Notes: generated by a model not told the origin, from the letters alone. Shown: positions 47,983 to 58,937, counted from the stretch's first letter. The stretch: 64,000 bases of DNA from an uncultured Planctomycetaceae bacterium (GCA_963815195.1 CAWFGE010000012.1:736001-800000), one strand, 5' to 3'. Program-made: numbers and translations.

Positions 47983-48990
47983 ATGCCTCGCACACCCAAA
48001 GCTTACGGCTACTGCCGACTTTCCAAGGACGAGATTACCGTCCGATGTTCCGCCTGCCATCAGGAATGGACGCTGCGCATCAAGAACAAGGAGCAAACCG
48101 AATTTGACTGCCCGTTCTGCAATCGCACGTACCGGGTCGAAAAGCGGGATCCGCTCTCGATTCAAAGCCAGTCCGACATCTGCCGGAGAATCGTCGAGCA
48201 GAAACTCCCGCCGGAGATCGCCCGCGGACTCGAAATCGTGGCGGACATCAACGTGAGCGGCAAAATGCCCGTCCGCAAGCGGCCGAACGGGGGCGAATTG
48301 ATGCAAAGGCTCCGCCCCGGCGATTATTTGATCCTGCCGCTCTTGGACCGCGGATTCCGCAATCTGGCGGACTGGTGTAATCAGGCCGAGTTTTTCCGGC
48401 GGCACAAGATCAACTTGATCATCGGCGATTTTCCGGATATCGACATCAACGACCCGATGGGCGAAATGTGGCTCAACCTGATGGCGATGTTCGCCCAGTG
48501 GTATCGCCAGCAGGTCAGCCGCCATACGAAGCGCGGACTCGCCAAGCTCAAGGCGTTGGGTTTGCCGAACTCCGGCAAGGTGCCCCGCGGATTCGCGCTA
48601 AAGTGCACGGCTTGCGAGCGGATTTACTCGCATGCTGAATCCGCGAAAGGCCAAGCTTGCCCCGGCTGCAAGATACCGAGGAAGAAGAACTCAATCTACG
48701 TGCCGCACGAAGGCGAGCAGAAGCTGATGTGGAAACTGCTCTGGCACCGCTCGGCCTTTTGCTGGAAACCCTGGAATGACATAGTGTCTGAACTGAAGTC
48801 AGCGGACATTCGCACGCGGACCGGAAAAGCAGTGAACCAGAATTGGCTGAGGTCCTATTGGCGGGACGCCGCGGAACTGTTGTACAATGAAAAGCTGTCG
48901 GTGAATTACCGTCCGGCATTCATGGAGAATCTTTCGATCCACAAGATTCCCAACCTGCCAAACCACATTGCAGAGAAACTGGAAGCCTAA
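47983..48990 (+). CDS. Serine recombinase (resolvase family) with two CxxC..CxxC insertions
   Basis: AYGYCRLS, VSGK..RP, GDYLILPLLDRGFRN, helix E MAMFAQWYRQQVSRHTKRGL, GKVPRGF. Confidence 0.85.
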   Translation: MPRTPKAYGYCRLSKDEITVRCSACHQEWTLRIKNKEQTEFDCPFCNRTYRVEKRDPLSIQSQSDICRRIVEQKLPPEIARGLEIVADINVSGKMPVRKRPNGGELMQRLRPGDYLILPLLDRGFRNLADWCNQAEFFRRHKINLIIGDFPDIDINDPMGEMWLNLMAMFAQWYRQQVSRHTKRGLAKLKALGLPNSGKVPRGFALKCTACERIYSHAESAKGQACPGCKIPRKKNSIYVPHEGEQKLMWKLLWHRSAFCWKPWNDIVSELKSADIRTRTGKAVNQNWLRSYWRDAAELLYNEKLSVNYRPAFMENLSIHKIPNLPNHIAEKLEA

Positions 48991-49045
48991 AGCCGCGGGT
49001 TAAACGGCCGACGTGCAAACAGACTCGTCCGTTGCAGCCATTGGT

Positions 49046-49261
49046 ATGGATTCCCACTCATTTGGAGAACTCCCAGTGTTTGAGACTTTTTTTGGATTCA
49101 TTCGCGGACGTTTTGCAGACGCGATCTTGGGCGGTTTCCACAACGCCAGCGACGAATTGGCGGGCAAGTTGGAAGCCGAGGAACCTATCCGCATCGAAGC
49201 CGAGCCGACAACGAACGGCAGCACCAAACCAAAGGCACGCCGGAAAGCTGGCAGCCGATAA
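49046..49261 (+). CDS. Small hypothetical protein
   Basis: 71-aa ORF between the two recombinases, co-oriented with them. Confidence 0.5.
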   Translation: MDSHSFGELPVFETFFGFIRGRFADAILGGFHNASDELAGKLEAEEPIRIEAEPTTNGSTKPKARRKAGSR

Positions 49262-49291
49262 CCATCACCCACACAGGAGCATCATCGAAAA

Positions 49292-50907
49292 ATGGCAAGC
49301 GTATTTCGACGACGATACACGGCGAAGACTGGCAAAGAGAAGCTGGCGAAGAATTGGTACGTTGAATTCAACGACCACAACCACACCCGCCGACAACTGC
49401 CCGGATTCCCCGAGAAGAAACTCACCGAGGAACTAGGTCGGAAACTCGAGCGGTTGGCCCGCACCCGCCGACTCAACGAACCGCCCGATGCGGAATTGGC
49501 GGCTTGGTTGGAAGCGGCCGACTCGAAAACGAAAACCGCGCTCGCCAAGTGGGGAATGCTCGATTCCCGATCTGTAGCCGGGGCAAAGCCCCTCGCGGAA
49601 CACATCGGCGACTACCGGAAGCACCTGGAAGCGAAGAATAACACCCCCGACCACATCAACCCGACGATCAGCCGGATTGAAGCGATTGCCAACGGTTGTG
49701 GGTTTCTATTCATTTCCGACATTTCCGGTTCCACGGTGGCTACATGGCTCAAAGACCAACGCGAAGCCGATGCGTTTGGCATCTCCACAAGTAATGCCTA
49801 CTTGACGGCCCTGAAGGGCTTCTGCAATTGGCTGGTGAAAGATCGCCGGGCGAACGAAAACCCGGTGGTTCATCTCGCCCGACTGAACGCCGAGACGGAC
49901 ATCCGTCGGCAACGCCGTTCGCTCTCCCAAGAGGACTTCGGGCTGCTCATCGAAGCAACTCGCACCGGGGAGGAAGTGTGCGGACTCACCGGCCGGGAAC
50001 GGCAGATGCTTTACCAAGTGGCTGCTTACACCGGCCTGCGGGCTTCGGAACTCGCGAGCCTCACCGAAAGGTCGTTTGACCTGGAAGCCGAGCATCCCAC
50101 CGTCACCGTGGCGGCCGGCTATTCCAAGCACCGGCGGAAAGACACATTGCCCCTGAATGCCGATTTGGTTGTTTCGCTGCGGGAGTGGTTCGCTGAACTA
50201 CGGCAAGTGGCGCCCGAGACTTCGGGCATCATTCCCATCGGCAAGCCTTCCGTGGGCAAGTTGTGGCCCGGGAAATGGGCGAAGAATCGCCACGGGCCGA
50301 GATGCTCCGGCACGATCTGGCAAAAGCGCGGGCCGCCTGGCTCGCAGCCAAGGGCATCACCGAAGAGGAACACCGGCTGCGGGAGGAATCCGATCGGCTG
50401 CAATACCTGGACCATGACACGCGGCAATTCGACTTCCACGCCCTGCGGGGCCAATTTGTCACCGAGTTGGGCAGAGCCGGCGTCAATCTGCAAGATGCCC
50501 AAAAGCTGGCCCGGCATTCCGACCCTCGGCTGACCGCGAACCATTACACGCACCTATCGATTTCCGACCTGTCTCGATCTGTCGGGCAGCTGCCTGCTCT
50601 GCCGAAGCCGAAGGAAGCCGCCCAAGCGACCGGGACGGACGGCAAACCGGCCGATTCCTCAAAGAACTGTCGTGCGGACTGTCGTAAAACGGGTGCCGCA
50701 CATAGCCTCACAGTGCCGGAATCTGGCAATCCTGGCGATTTGGAGGACTCCGCCTCGGAAAAGCAAAAACCCCCAAAGCCCTGTAAAACAGGGGCTTCGG
50801 GGGAATACCGGAGGGGGGACTCGAACCCCCACGAGGTTTACCCTCACTGGATTTTGAATCCAGCGCGTCTGCCGATTCCGCCACTCCGGCTGGGAGGTTT
50901 AACGTAA
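49292..50907 (+). CDS. Tyrosine integrase of an integrative element; frameshift near 50298; frame runs across the tRNA
   Basis: AYTGLRASEL, SKHRR, DFHALRGQF, LARHSDPRLTANHYTH. Confidence 0.88.
50765..50805 (-). terminator. Intrinsic terminator downstream of tRNA-Leu
   Basis: Minus strand cccccgaagcccctgttttacagggctttggggg followed by ttttt. Confidence 0.65.
50806..50890 (-). tRNA. tRNA-Leu(CAA)
   Basis: GCCGGAG acceptor stem, TGGCGGAATCGGCAGACGC D arm, CTGGA-TTCAAAA-TCCAG anticodon arm, long variable arm, GGTTCGAGTCC T arm; CCA not encoded. Confidence 0.97.
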
Positions 50908-51342
50908 CCGACGCTGCCGGTTTTCGCAAGATTGCTGTATGGCGTTTTTGCGATTCGATCGTCTGCGGCCCCAAAAACGGCCTCTCCGGACCTTCGAGGC
51001 GAAGGGCTCTTGTCGTCGCATCTCCGAAATGAGGTGCTTCGCCGATATGGGTGCCAAGGAAAGATGCGGCGTGGGTGGCTTGGCATTGGTCCGGGACGGG
51101 GCATCGTTGTGCGGCGATTGGGGAATGGACGGCCCGGACACTCTTGAGATGGGGGAGGTTGCGGAAAATGGGTGAGCCGTAAAGTGCTTGCGGGACTAAG
51201 ATTACGAGAATACTTCTTGTGATTTTCCAACTTGCGTTTATGATACGATGTATGGGGTTGCTCGGAGGAATTTTCCCAGATGCTGGGATGGGCCGTTTCG
51301 CATGTTTTGGGATTTTGACGCATCGAAGAACGCAAACATTTT

Positions 51343-52342
51343 ATGATTAACGTGGGGCTGATCGGGCTGGGACCGCATTGGGAGAAGCGCTATCGACCGG
51401 TGTTGGAGCGGTTTCGCGCGGATTCGCGTGTGCGCGGTTTATGACCCTGTGGCGAGCCGGGCGCAGATGGCGGCTCAGGAATTGGAAGCGCATCCGGTCA
51501 TGGGGATTTCGGCTCTTCTCGCCCGGCCGGAGGTGCGGGCGGTTTTGCTTTTGGAGAACTCCTGGCAGGGCCCCGAGCCGTTGCGGTTGCTGCTGGCTCA
51601 AAAGAAATCCGCCTACATTGCCGGGAGTTTGGGCGACGATGTGGAAGTCTTGGCCCGCCGGCATTTGGTGGGGTTGTCGGAAGGGCTGACGTTGATGCCC
51701 GAATTCAGCCGCCGGTACACGCCCGCGACGAGCCGATTGCAAGAATTGATGGCCACGCAAATCGGCCCGCCGCAGAGCATTCGCGTGAGAACGCCGCTGC
51801 CCCATCCGCAGGGCGTCATCGAGGTGCCGGGGCAAGCGTCGCCGAAGGATTTTTTGGTCGGCCTGATTGATTGGTGCCGGCACGTCGTGCGGATGCCTGC
51901 GGCGACGGTGGAAATGATCGTCCCGCCTCGGACGGGGGATGAGCAGGTCGAAAAGATCCTGCGGATCGAATTTCAGCGATCCCGCGCGGGGGGCGAACCG
52001 GCGACGGCCGAGTTGGTCCTGCTTCGCCAGGAGGACGTTCCCGCGGCAGGCCCCGTTTGCCCGCCGCGCCCGAGCTTTGAGATTCTCTGCGCCCGAGGGA
52101 CGGCGTCGTTCACCGATCCGTTGGAATTGAGTTGGACCAGCGGCGAGGGGGAACGCCGGGAATGCTTGACCTCGGAGCGAAGCGAAGTCGAGGTCATGCT
52201 GGATCATTTTTGCCGGCGGGTCGTGGGCGGGCTGATTCCCGTGGCGGATCTCGCCGACATCTGCGGCCATTTGCGGCTGCTCGAATCCGCGGAGCGCAGT
52301 ATCGCCGTCGGCCGGGCCGTGCGGCTCTCGCCTTACAATTAG
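51343..52342 (+). CDS. Gfo/Idh/MocA-like oxidoreductase homologue; frameshift near 51425
   Basis: MINVGLIGLG start, then CAVYDPVASRA and IGPPQSI in the second frame. Confidence 0.7.
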
Positions 52343-52487
52343 CCGGCCTTCTCCAGGGGAGCGTCCTCTTGCGAAAACTCTTCTCTTCCGGCATGTCCCG
52401 GACGGTTTGGAAGCGGTTCTGGGCCGACGAAACCGCTTCCGCACACGGCCGCTGGGGATTGGCCGTGGCAGTGACTTGGATCGCGGC

Positions 52488-53513
52488 TCAGGCGATGCTC
52501 TCTCTTTGGAGTTGAACCGGTTGCTGTTGCGCCCTTTTGTCGAGGCGTTCGCGGACGAAGCCGTGCACAATGTAGATCATCCAAAACACGGCGGTCCCGG
52601 CGGCGAAGATCAGGCGGGTTTCGGTAGACCAGTGACTTTGGCGGACGTAGCTTTCAATGATCGCGGCGGCGACGAGCATGCCGCCCACGCCCAGGCTGAT
52701 GAGCGCGGCTTCTTTGCCCGCGAGTTTGAGCGCCTTTTCGCGGGAATGCCAACCCGGCCGGACGACCGCCTGGCCCAACATCAAACCGACGCCGCCGCAG
52801 AGCACGATCGCTCCCAGTTCGGTGACGCCGTGGGGCAAGATCCAGGCCCACATTTCGGCGTTGATGCCGGCCTGGTGATGAATCGCCACGAACACGCCCA
52901 AGAGCATCCCGTTGAACAACATCAAAAACACCGTGGGCACCGCGGCCAGAATGCCGGTGGCCATGGCCAAGAGCCCGACTTTGAAGTTGTGCTGAAACAG
53001 AAACGAAGCGAACAGGAATTTGAAACCGCCCGATTGGTCCCGGCCGGCTTCGAGCACGTTCCGCAATTGGTCGGGCGTGGAACCGGGCTGGCGAACATCG
53101 CCGGCGGGCCACAAGGCGTGGGCGATCAGCGGATCGGACATTGCCGCGATATAGCCGACCAGGGCTCCGCCCAACAGCAGCAAGGCCGAGATCAGATGGG
53201 CCTTGCCGTTGCGGGCGATGGCGCGGCCGAAGCCTTCGGTCACGAAGCCGAGCGCCTTGTCGAAAAGCCGTCCGCGCGGCGGAAGATAGATCAGACTATG
53301 GGCCGCCGCCGTCAACCCGTTGAGGTAGGCGATCAACTGCTGATCGCGGGTCAGCGTGGAAACCCGCGCCAAATGCACCGTGGTCCGGCGATACAGGACA
53401 TCCAGCCGTTCGCGTTCTTCCGGCGAGAGTTTCCGCATGGACTTTCGCCCGCGGGCGACCAATCGCTCGAGTTCTTCCCAGTCGTTCTTGTAGCGAGCGA
53501 CGAAACTGCTCAT
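52488..53513 (-). CDS. Stage II sporulation protein M (SpoIIM/DUF95) family membrane protein
   Basis: FVARYKNDWEELE, LFQHNFKV, LFNGMLLG, WILPHGVTEL, AAIIESYV. Confidence 0.88.
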   Translation of the reverse strand: MSSFVARYKNDWEELERLVARGRKSMRKLSPEERERLDVLYRRTTVHLARVSTLTRDQQLIAYLNGLTAAAHSLIYLPPRGRLFDKALGFVTEGFGRAIARNGKAHLISALLLLGGALVGYIAAMSDPLIAHALWPAGDVRQPGSTPDQLRNVLEAGRDQSGGFKFLFASFLFQHNFKVGLLAMATGILAAVPTVFLMLFNGMLLGVFVAIHHQAGINAEMWAWILPHGVTELGAIVLCGGVGLMLGQAVVRPGWHSREKALKLAGKEAALISLGVGGMLVAAAIIESYVRQSHWSTETRLIFAAGTAVFWMIYIVHGFVRERLDKRAQQQPVQLQRESIA

Positions 53514-53585
53514 ACTGAATTTTCCTGCGGTTCAAAGGAAGATGACCGAAAACCAGTCTAACCACAGATTGCCTGTTGAGAAACA

Positions 53586-54383
53586 ATGACGACGCGGCTC
53601 CAGTTTGAAACGCCTGAAAATGTGCAGGTGCAATATGTTCCAGCCGGTCTGGGAACGCGGTTTCTGGCGTGGTTTCTCGATCAGCTTCTGGTGTTCGTGC
53701 TGCTCGTGGCAGTCATCATTTTGCTGGCGGCGGCCGGGGTGTCGCTGAAAGTCCTCGACGACCTCGCCGAGTCCGGCAGCCGCGACCCGCAGCAACTGGA
53801 AGGCTACGTGATCGGGCTGATCGTTTTGATTTCCGGGCTGGGGAGTTTCGTCTACTTCACGGCGGCGGAATTGTTTCTGCGCGGGCAAACGCCGGGCAAG
53901 CGGGCGATGAAGATCCGCGTCGTCAAACAGGACGGCTTCGCCTTGGATGCCCAGAGCATTTTTCTGAGGAACGTATTTCGCGTGGTCGATAATATCCCGC
54001 TCCTGTGGATCATTCCGGTGATGTCCCAGCGCAGCCAGCGCACGGGCGACATGGCGGCGGGGACCGTGGTCGTCTCGGACAAGCCCGCGGAACTGACCGA
54101 GGTCCGCGTCGAGCTTTCCGACCGGGCGGCGGTGGAAGCCGAGTTCCGCTTCGACGCGAAATCGCTCGCAAAACTCACCCCGCAGGATATCGAGGCGGTC
54201 GAGCGGTTGCTGGAACGCTGGCACAATGTTCCCCAGCCGCAGCGGATCCAATTGGCCCGGCAACTGACCGCCGGCCTCGTCCACAAACTCCAAATCGACC
54301 CGCCCCCCAACGGCAAACAGGCCGTCTTCTTGGAAGACCTGCTCGCGGCGGAAATTCGCCGCCAGAACCGGATGCTGGGATAA
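53586..54383 (+). CDS. RDD family protein
   Basis: ETPENV..AGLGTRFLAWFLD, GQTPGKRAMKIRVV, QRTGDMAAGTVVV. Confidence 0.9.
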   Translation: MTTRLQFETPENVQVQYVPAGLGTRFLAWFLDQLLVFVLLVAVIILLAAAGVSLKVLDDLAESGSRDPQQLEGYVIGLIVLISGLGSFVYFTAAELFLRGQTPGKRAMKIRVVKQDGFALDAQSIFLRNVFRVVDNIPLLWIIPVMSQRSQRTGDMAAGTVVVSDKPAELTEVRVELSDRAAVEAEFRFDAKSLAKLTPQDIEAVERLLERWHNVPQPQRIQLARQLTAGLVHKLQIDPPPNGKQAVFLEDLLAAEIRRQNRMLG

Positions 54384-54677
54384 GCAGGCACGGTGCAGAA
54401 TGCTTGGCCCCAACCGCGACCGCGCGAACGCGTGACCGCACTTGCGCTGCCAAAGGACCGCTGATTTCCCATTTTCCCAAAAGGTGATTGTATTGGCATT
54501 TAAGACTTGGTAATGTGCACAAAATCTGTTCATTCCTACGTTTTTTCGCCAGTTGCTCCTTTTTGTGTATCTTGTATTACCTATGTATTGTCTCTAAACA
54601 TTGCCCCTCGAACACCTGGTCAAATCTTGGCCGGGACCGTTTCTTTGTAGACCCACTCTTGTACAGAAGGATCTCCC

Positions 54678-55661
54678 ATGCGACGCGAACTTTGGAAGCA
54701 GATGTTCTGGCTGTTGGTGTTGGCGGGCATTTCCGGCTCATCCGTTCGGGCCGCGGATCACAACGACTCGCCGCTGCTTCGCCTTGAGGCGAACGGCGTT
54801 CGGGTGAACGACCATCAAGACATCAATGACATTTACGCGTTTCAATCGCCCTCGAACGCACAGAATGTCGTGTTCATCATCACGGTCAATCCCGATGCGG
54901 GCGTGAAAAACGATGGGACGCTCGATCCCGACACGGTTTACGAAATCCTGGTGGACGTCAACGGTGACGCCCGCGTCGACATCCCCTTCACCTTTTATTT
55001 TTCGCGTCCCAACGGGCTCGGCCAGCAAAGCGTGGTTTTGCAAAGCGGCCGCACCACGCTGGCCCGCGGCACGACGGATCAAGACATCCCCGTGCAGGGC
55101 GGCGGCAAGCTGCGGGTGGGAATCTATGACGATCCTTTCTTTTTCGACAACCGGGTTTTGGCGGATCCCCCTCAAACGGGCGTGAACGCCTTTGCCGGAA
55201 TGAACGTGACCGCCATCGTGCTGGAAGTTCCCAGCCGAAACCTGCGGGCCCGGAACATCGGCGTCTGGTCGATCACCGAAAAGAACGGCAAGCAATTCGA
55301 CCGGGTCGGCCGGCCGGGCATCAATACGGTCTTGATCTCCACACAAAATAAAGAAGCCTTCAACGAAGGCGATCCGGTCAACGATCGGCGGGACTTCCGC
55401 CAGGATGTGATCGACCACATCACCGCGCTCGGCAACGGGCCCCAAGCCGCGGGTCTCGCCGACTTCTTGCTGCCGGACATTCTGACCATCGACACCACCA
55501 ATCCGGCGGGCTTTCTCAACGGCCGGCGATTGGAAGACGATGTGATCGACATCGAGCTGGATGTGCTCACCAACGGGGCCGTGACCAGCGACGGCGTCGC
55601 CAACGACAGCAATTTCAGCAATACTTTTCCGTATCTGGCTGCCCCGAATCCTCTTCCCTAA
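54678..55661 (+). CDS. DUF4331 family secreted protein
   Basis: AADHNDSP, DINDIYAF, DDPFFFD, DRVGRPGINT, NGRRLEDDVID, FPYLAAP. Confidence 0.88.
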   Translation: MRRELWKQMFWLLVLAGISGSSVRAADHNDSPLLRLEANGVRVNDHQDINDIYAFQSPSNAQNVVFIITVNPDAGVKNDGTLDPDTVYEILVDVNGDARVDIPFTFYFSRPNGLGQQSVVLQSGRTTLARGTTDQDIPVQGGGKLRVGIYDDPFFFDNRVLADPPQTGVNAFAGMNVTAIVLEVPSRNLRARNIGVWSITEKNGKQFDRVGRPGINTVLISTQNKEAFNEGDPVNDRRDFRQDVIDHITALGNGPQAAGLADFLLPDILTIDTTNPAGFLNGRRLEDDVIDIELDVLTNGAVTSDGVANDSNFSNTFPYLAAPNPLP

Positions 55662-55778
55662 GCCGATCGATCCCGCGATCTGATGCATCTGTGCTAGACC
55701 GTCCGCGTTCACAGCGGGCGGTCTATTTTGCCACTTGTTTACGATTTCTGCTCCAAGCCACAGAAAGGCGAGCCGCGC

Positions 55779-57092
55779 ATGTCTGTTTCCCTTCGGTGTC
55801 TGGTGTTGATGCTCGTCTTTTATTTTGGATTTTGGGCTCCGTCCGCGCCGGGTCAGAATGTTTTGCCGCTCGAACCGCCGCCGGAGAACCCCAAGCTCCC
55901 CGAGCGCCGAAAGGCGACGACGGAAGAGGCGATCCGCATTTATCAAAAGCGGCTGGAGAAGTCCCCGCAAAATACGCTGGCCCGCACCGACTTGGGGCTG
56001 GCCTATCTGAAACTGGCCCGCGAAACCGGCAACGAACAGCACTACGTGCAGGCCGAGGCGGAGTTTCAAAAGGTCCTCAAAATCTCGCCCAAATCGGTGT
56101 CGGCGCGGGCCTTTCTGGCCTCGGCTTACATGGCCCGGCATAAATTTCACGAGGCCCTCGAACTCTCCCAGGCGGTTTATAAGGAAAACGCCCGCATCAC
56201 GTTTGCCCTCGCGACCGTCGGCGATGCCCAACTGGAACTCGGCCGATACGACGAGGCCGAGCGGAGCTTCGGGGAACTCCAAAAGAAAACCCGCGGGCCG
56301 GTGCCGGAAGTTTTGGCCCGGCTGGCGCGGGTTGCCGAACTCCGGGGGCAAACCGAGCAGGCGGTGGAGTTGCTCCAAAAATCGCTCCGGGAAGAAGAGC
56401 GCGCTCGGCCCGATTCCAGCGAGATCGCCTGGTACAATTTGCGGTTGGGGGAAGTGTATTTTCAGTCCCATCAACTGGAAAACGCCGAGCGCCATCTGGA
56501 ATCGGCGGTGAAACGGCGGGAAAACTTCGTCCCGGCTCTGCTGGCATTGGGGCAAGTCCGCGCGGCGCAATCCCGCTATGACGAGGCGATCAAACTCTAT
56601 GAACAAGCCGTGGCCCAAAAGCCGGACTTCGATTTGATCGGCGACCTGGGAGCGATTTACGCTCTCGCGGGGAACAAAGCCAAAGCCAGTGAATTGGAGG
56701 ACAAAGCCGTCTCGCTGGTTCCGGCCGCCGCGAAGATCGAAACCGAAGCCCGGCATTTGGCGTTGTTTTTAGCCGACCGCGGCTTAGAGCTCGATCTGGC
56801 GCTGGAGTCCGCCCGCAAGGAATTGAACGTCCGCCGGGATGTTTTCGCCTATGATGTTTTGGCCTGGGTGCTGTTCAAAACCGGGAAACCGCAGGAAGCC
56901 GAGGAAGCCATGCAGTCGGCGCTGCGATTGGGGACCAGAGATGCCCGCATGCACTTCCACGCCGGGATGATCGCCCGGGCTCTGGGCAAAACCGAAGAGG
57001 CCAAACGGCACCTGACCGAGGCCCTGAAAATCAATCCCGACTTCTCCTTCACTGGCCCCGCCCAAGCCCGCAAAGCCCTCGCCGAGTTGTAG
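55779..57092 (+). CDS. Tetratricopeptide repeat protein
   Basis: Multiple TPR-like helical repeats; DVLAWVLFKTG, FHAGMIA. Confidence 0.85.
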   Translation: MSVSLRCLVLMLVFYFGFWAPSAPGQNVLPLEPPPENPKLPERRKATTEEAIRIYQKRLEKSPQNTLARTDLGLAYLKLARETGNEQHYVQAEAEFQKVLKISPKSVSARAFLASAYMARHKFHEALELSQAVYKENARITFALATVGDAQLELGRYDEAERSFGELQKKTRGPVPEVLARLARVAELRGQTEQAVELLQKSLREEERARPDSSEIAWYNLRLGEVYFQSHQLENAERHLESAVKRRENFVPALLALGQVRAAQSRYDEAIKLYEQAVAQKPDFDLIGDLGAIYALAGNKAKASELEDKAVSLVPAAAKIETEARHLALFLADRGLELDLALESARKELNVRRDVFAYDVLAWVLFKTGKPQEAEEAMQSALRLGTRDARMHFHAGMIARALGKTEEAKRHLTEALKINPDFSFTGPAQARKALAEL

Positions 57093-57221
57093 CCGGCCGC
57101 CGGCTTCGCGGGGAACGATTGGAGAAGATCGCCCTGTTGTGTCGATGGTTAGGATCAGAGCGATTGGGTTTGAACTTTTCACGACACGGCGTGCGCACGC
57201 GTGCGGGGGGAAACGTCGGCG

Positions 57222-58253
57222 ATGCGATGGGGGTGCGTATTGATTGGGTTGCTCTTGGCTCCCGGCTGCGTGGTCGTGGACCTGGAGGTGGTCAACCCGA
57301 TCCCCGGTCTCTCCAAAGTCGCGGTCGTGCCGTTTTACAACCTCAGCCCCGAACCCGCCGCCGACGGCTACCGCTTTGCCGAGGCCTATTTCGCGGAACT
57401 CCAAAAGGTGCCTGGATTTCAAGTGCTGCCCATCGGCGTGACGGAAGCCGCGATCCAGGACAACAAGCTCAATATGCAAAGCCCCGCGGATGCGGTCCGG
57501 TTGGCGAATTTGCTGAATGTGGACGCCGTGGTCGTGGGGGCGATCACCGATTACGATCCCTATTATCCGCCGCGCGCGGGCTGGCAGGTTTCGTGGTATT
57601 CGCCGCACTCGTGGGAATTCTCGCCCGGCCTTCCCACGGAACCCTCCGCGCGCAAAGCGATTTTAGAAGCCGGCATGTGCCCCGACGAGGACTGCGAACC
57701 GCCCCTGGGCGTTTGGGGCCGGACCAAGGCCTGGTTCAAGAGACATTACCGGGCCGCCCGCGCGGAGCACGCGACGGTCTTTCGCGGCCAATCGGAAGCG
57801 ACCTTCCCGCCGCGTCCGGCTTTGCCCCAAAACACGCCGCCCAACCCCTACACCGCCCCGGCCCCGCCGCGGCCGCTGATCCCTCCCCACCCGAACGGCC
57901 AACAACCGCCGGCCAATCCGCCGGCCGCGTCGTATCTTCCGCCGGCCCCGGACGCCATGGAGGCCGCACCGCCGGCCCCGCTTGCACCGCCGGTTCCGCC
58001 GCCCGATGTGCGCTATGAACCGTTGATGTCATACACGCGAATCTTCGATGGAACCGACGCCGACCTCATGGCGACTTTGCGGGATTATGTGGAACTGCGG
58101 GACGATCTCAGGGCGGGATACTGGCAAGGCTGGCTGTACCGCACGGACGATTTCCTCCGCTTCACCGCGCACCGGATGATCGTGGAGATGCTGGCCTTGC
58201 ACGGAGGCGAAGCCCGCCGCCGGGTCGTTTTCGTTTGGCGGAAGCAAAAATAA
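57222..58253 (+). CDS. Putative lipoprotein with Pro-rich linker
   Basis: Lipobox-like LAPGC; KVAVVPFYNLS, DAVVVGAITDYDPY. Confidence 0.75.
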   Translation: MRWGCVLIGLLLAPGCVVVDLEVVNPIPGLSKVAVVPFYNLSPEPAADGYRFAEAYFAELQKVPGFQVLPIGVTEAAIQDNKLNMQSPADAVRLANLLNVDAVVVGAITDYDPYYPPRAGWQVSWYSPHSWEFSPGLPTEPSARKAILEAGMCPDEDCEPPLGVWGRTKAWFKRHYRAARAEHATVFRGQSEATFPPRPALPQNTPPNPYTAPAPPRPLIPPHPNGQQPPANPPAASYLPPAPDAMEAAPPAPLAPPVPPPDVRYEPLMSYTRIFDGTDADLMATLRDYVELRDDLRAGYWQGWLYRTDDFLRFTAHRMIVEMLALHGGEARRRVVFVWRKQK

Positions 58254-58438
58254 TTGCCCGGGGCGAGCCGAACCGCGACCTGAACATGTCCTGTTTTCCC
58301 GCCGTTTTGCCATCTTTGGGTAGCGGGCATTCATCCTGGGCGAAGTTTGCCGGCCGGGTTTTCGCCATCTGGCGACGGAACGCCGGTTTCATCAAGCCCG
58401 GCCTGGGATTTCAACCGATAACTCAAGAGGTCGCAACA

Positions 58439-58723
58439 ATGAAGATTCGAGACAGAAGGCAGCCCGCCATGCCCCGCAGTATGAACGTATTGGCCTTGGT
58501 CAAAGGCTCCGAGCGTTACGTCTTTCTCTACGATGATGAAAGTCCAGGGGTGTTGCTTCAGCAATTGGGCCGCTTCGCCGCGGACAGCGAGCTCAGCTTC
58601 ACCTGGTACGATGCCGCCGTGCTCAGCCAAAAAGTCCGCCGCATGAAGCAGGAACGCCGGCAGGAGCTGCCGCCGGACCGCTTCCGCGAGCCCACCGAGG
58701 AACGGTATCCAGGCGACGCGTAA
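58439..58723 (+). CDS. Small hypothetical protein
   Basis: NVLALVKGSERYVFLYDD..LGRFAADSELSFTWYDAAVLSQK; GAGG RBS. Confidence 0.7.
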   Translation: MKIRDRRQPAMPRSMNVLALVKGSERYVFLYDDESPGVLLQQLGRFAADSELSFTWYDAAVLSQKVRRMKQERRQELPPDRFREPTEERYPGDA

Positions 58724-58724
58724 T

Positions 58725-58933
58725 CAGCGTGCTCAATTTTGCGAGTTTTCTGTTTCAAATCCGAAGCACGAAATCCGAAATCCGAAGCAAATTTAAAATC
58801 CCAAATCCGAAATCCCTTCGTTCTTATAACACACCCAACGCCCAGGGTTTGGATATTGGGATTTCGGTCATTGGGATATGTTTCGGATTTCGGATTTTTC
58901 GGTGCGAAACCTCGCACAAGCGCGCACGGTGAT
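58725..58933 (+). repeat. ~210-bp 7-mer-repeat hairpin element, left of xerC
   Basis: AAATCCG arm, spacer, CGGATTT arm; whole unit aligns to the reverse complement of 59856-60066. Confidence 0.9.
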
Positions 58934-58937
58934 CTTG

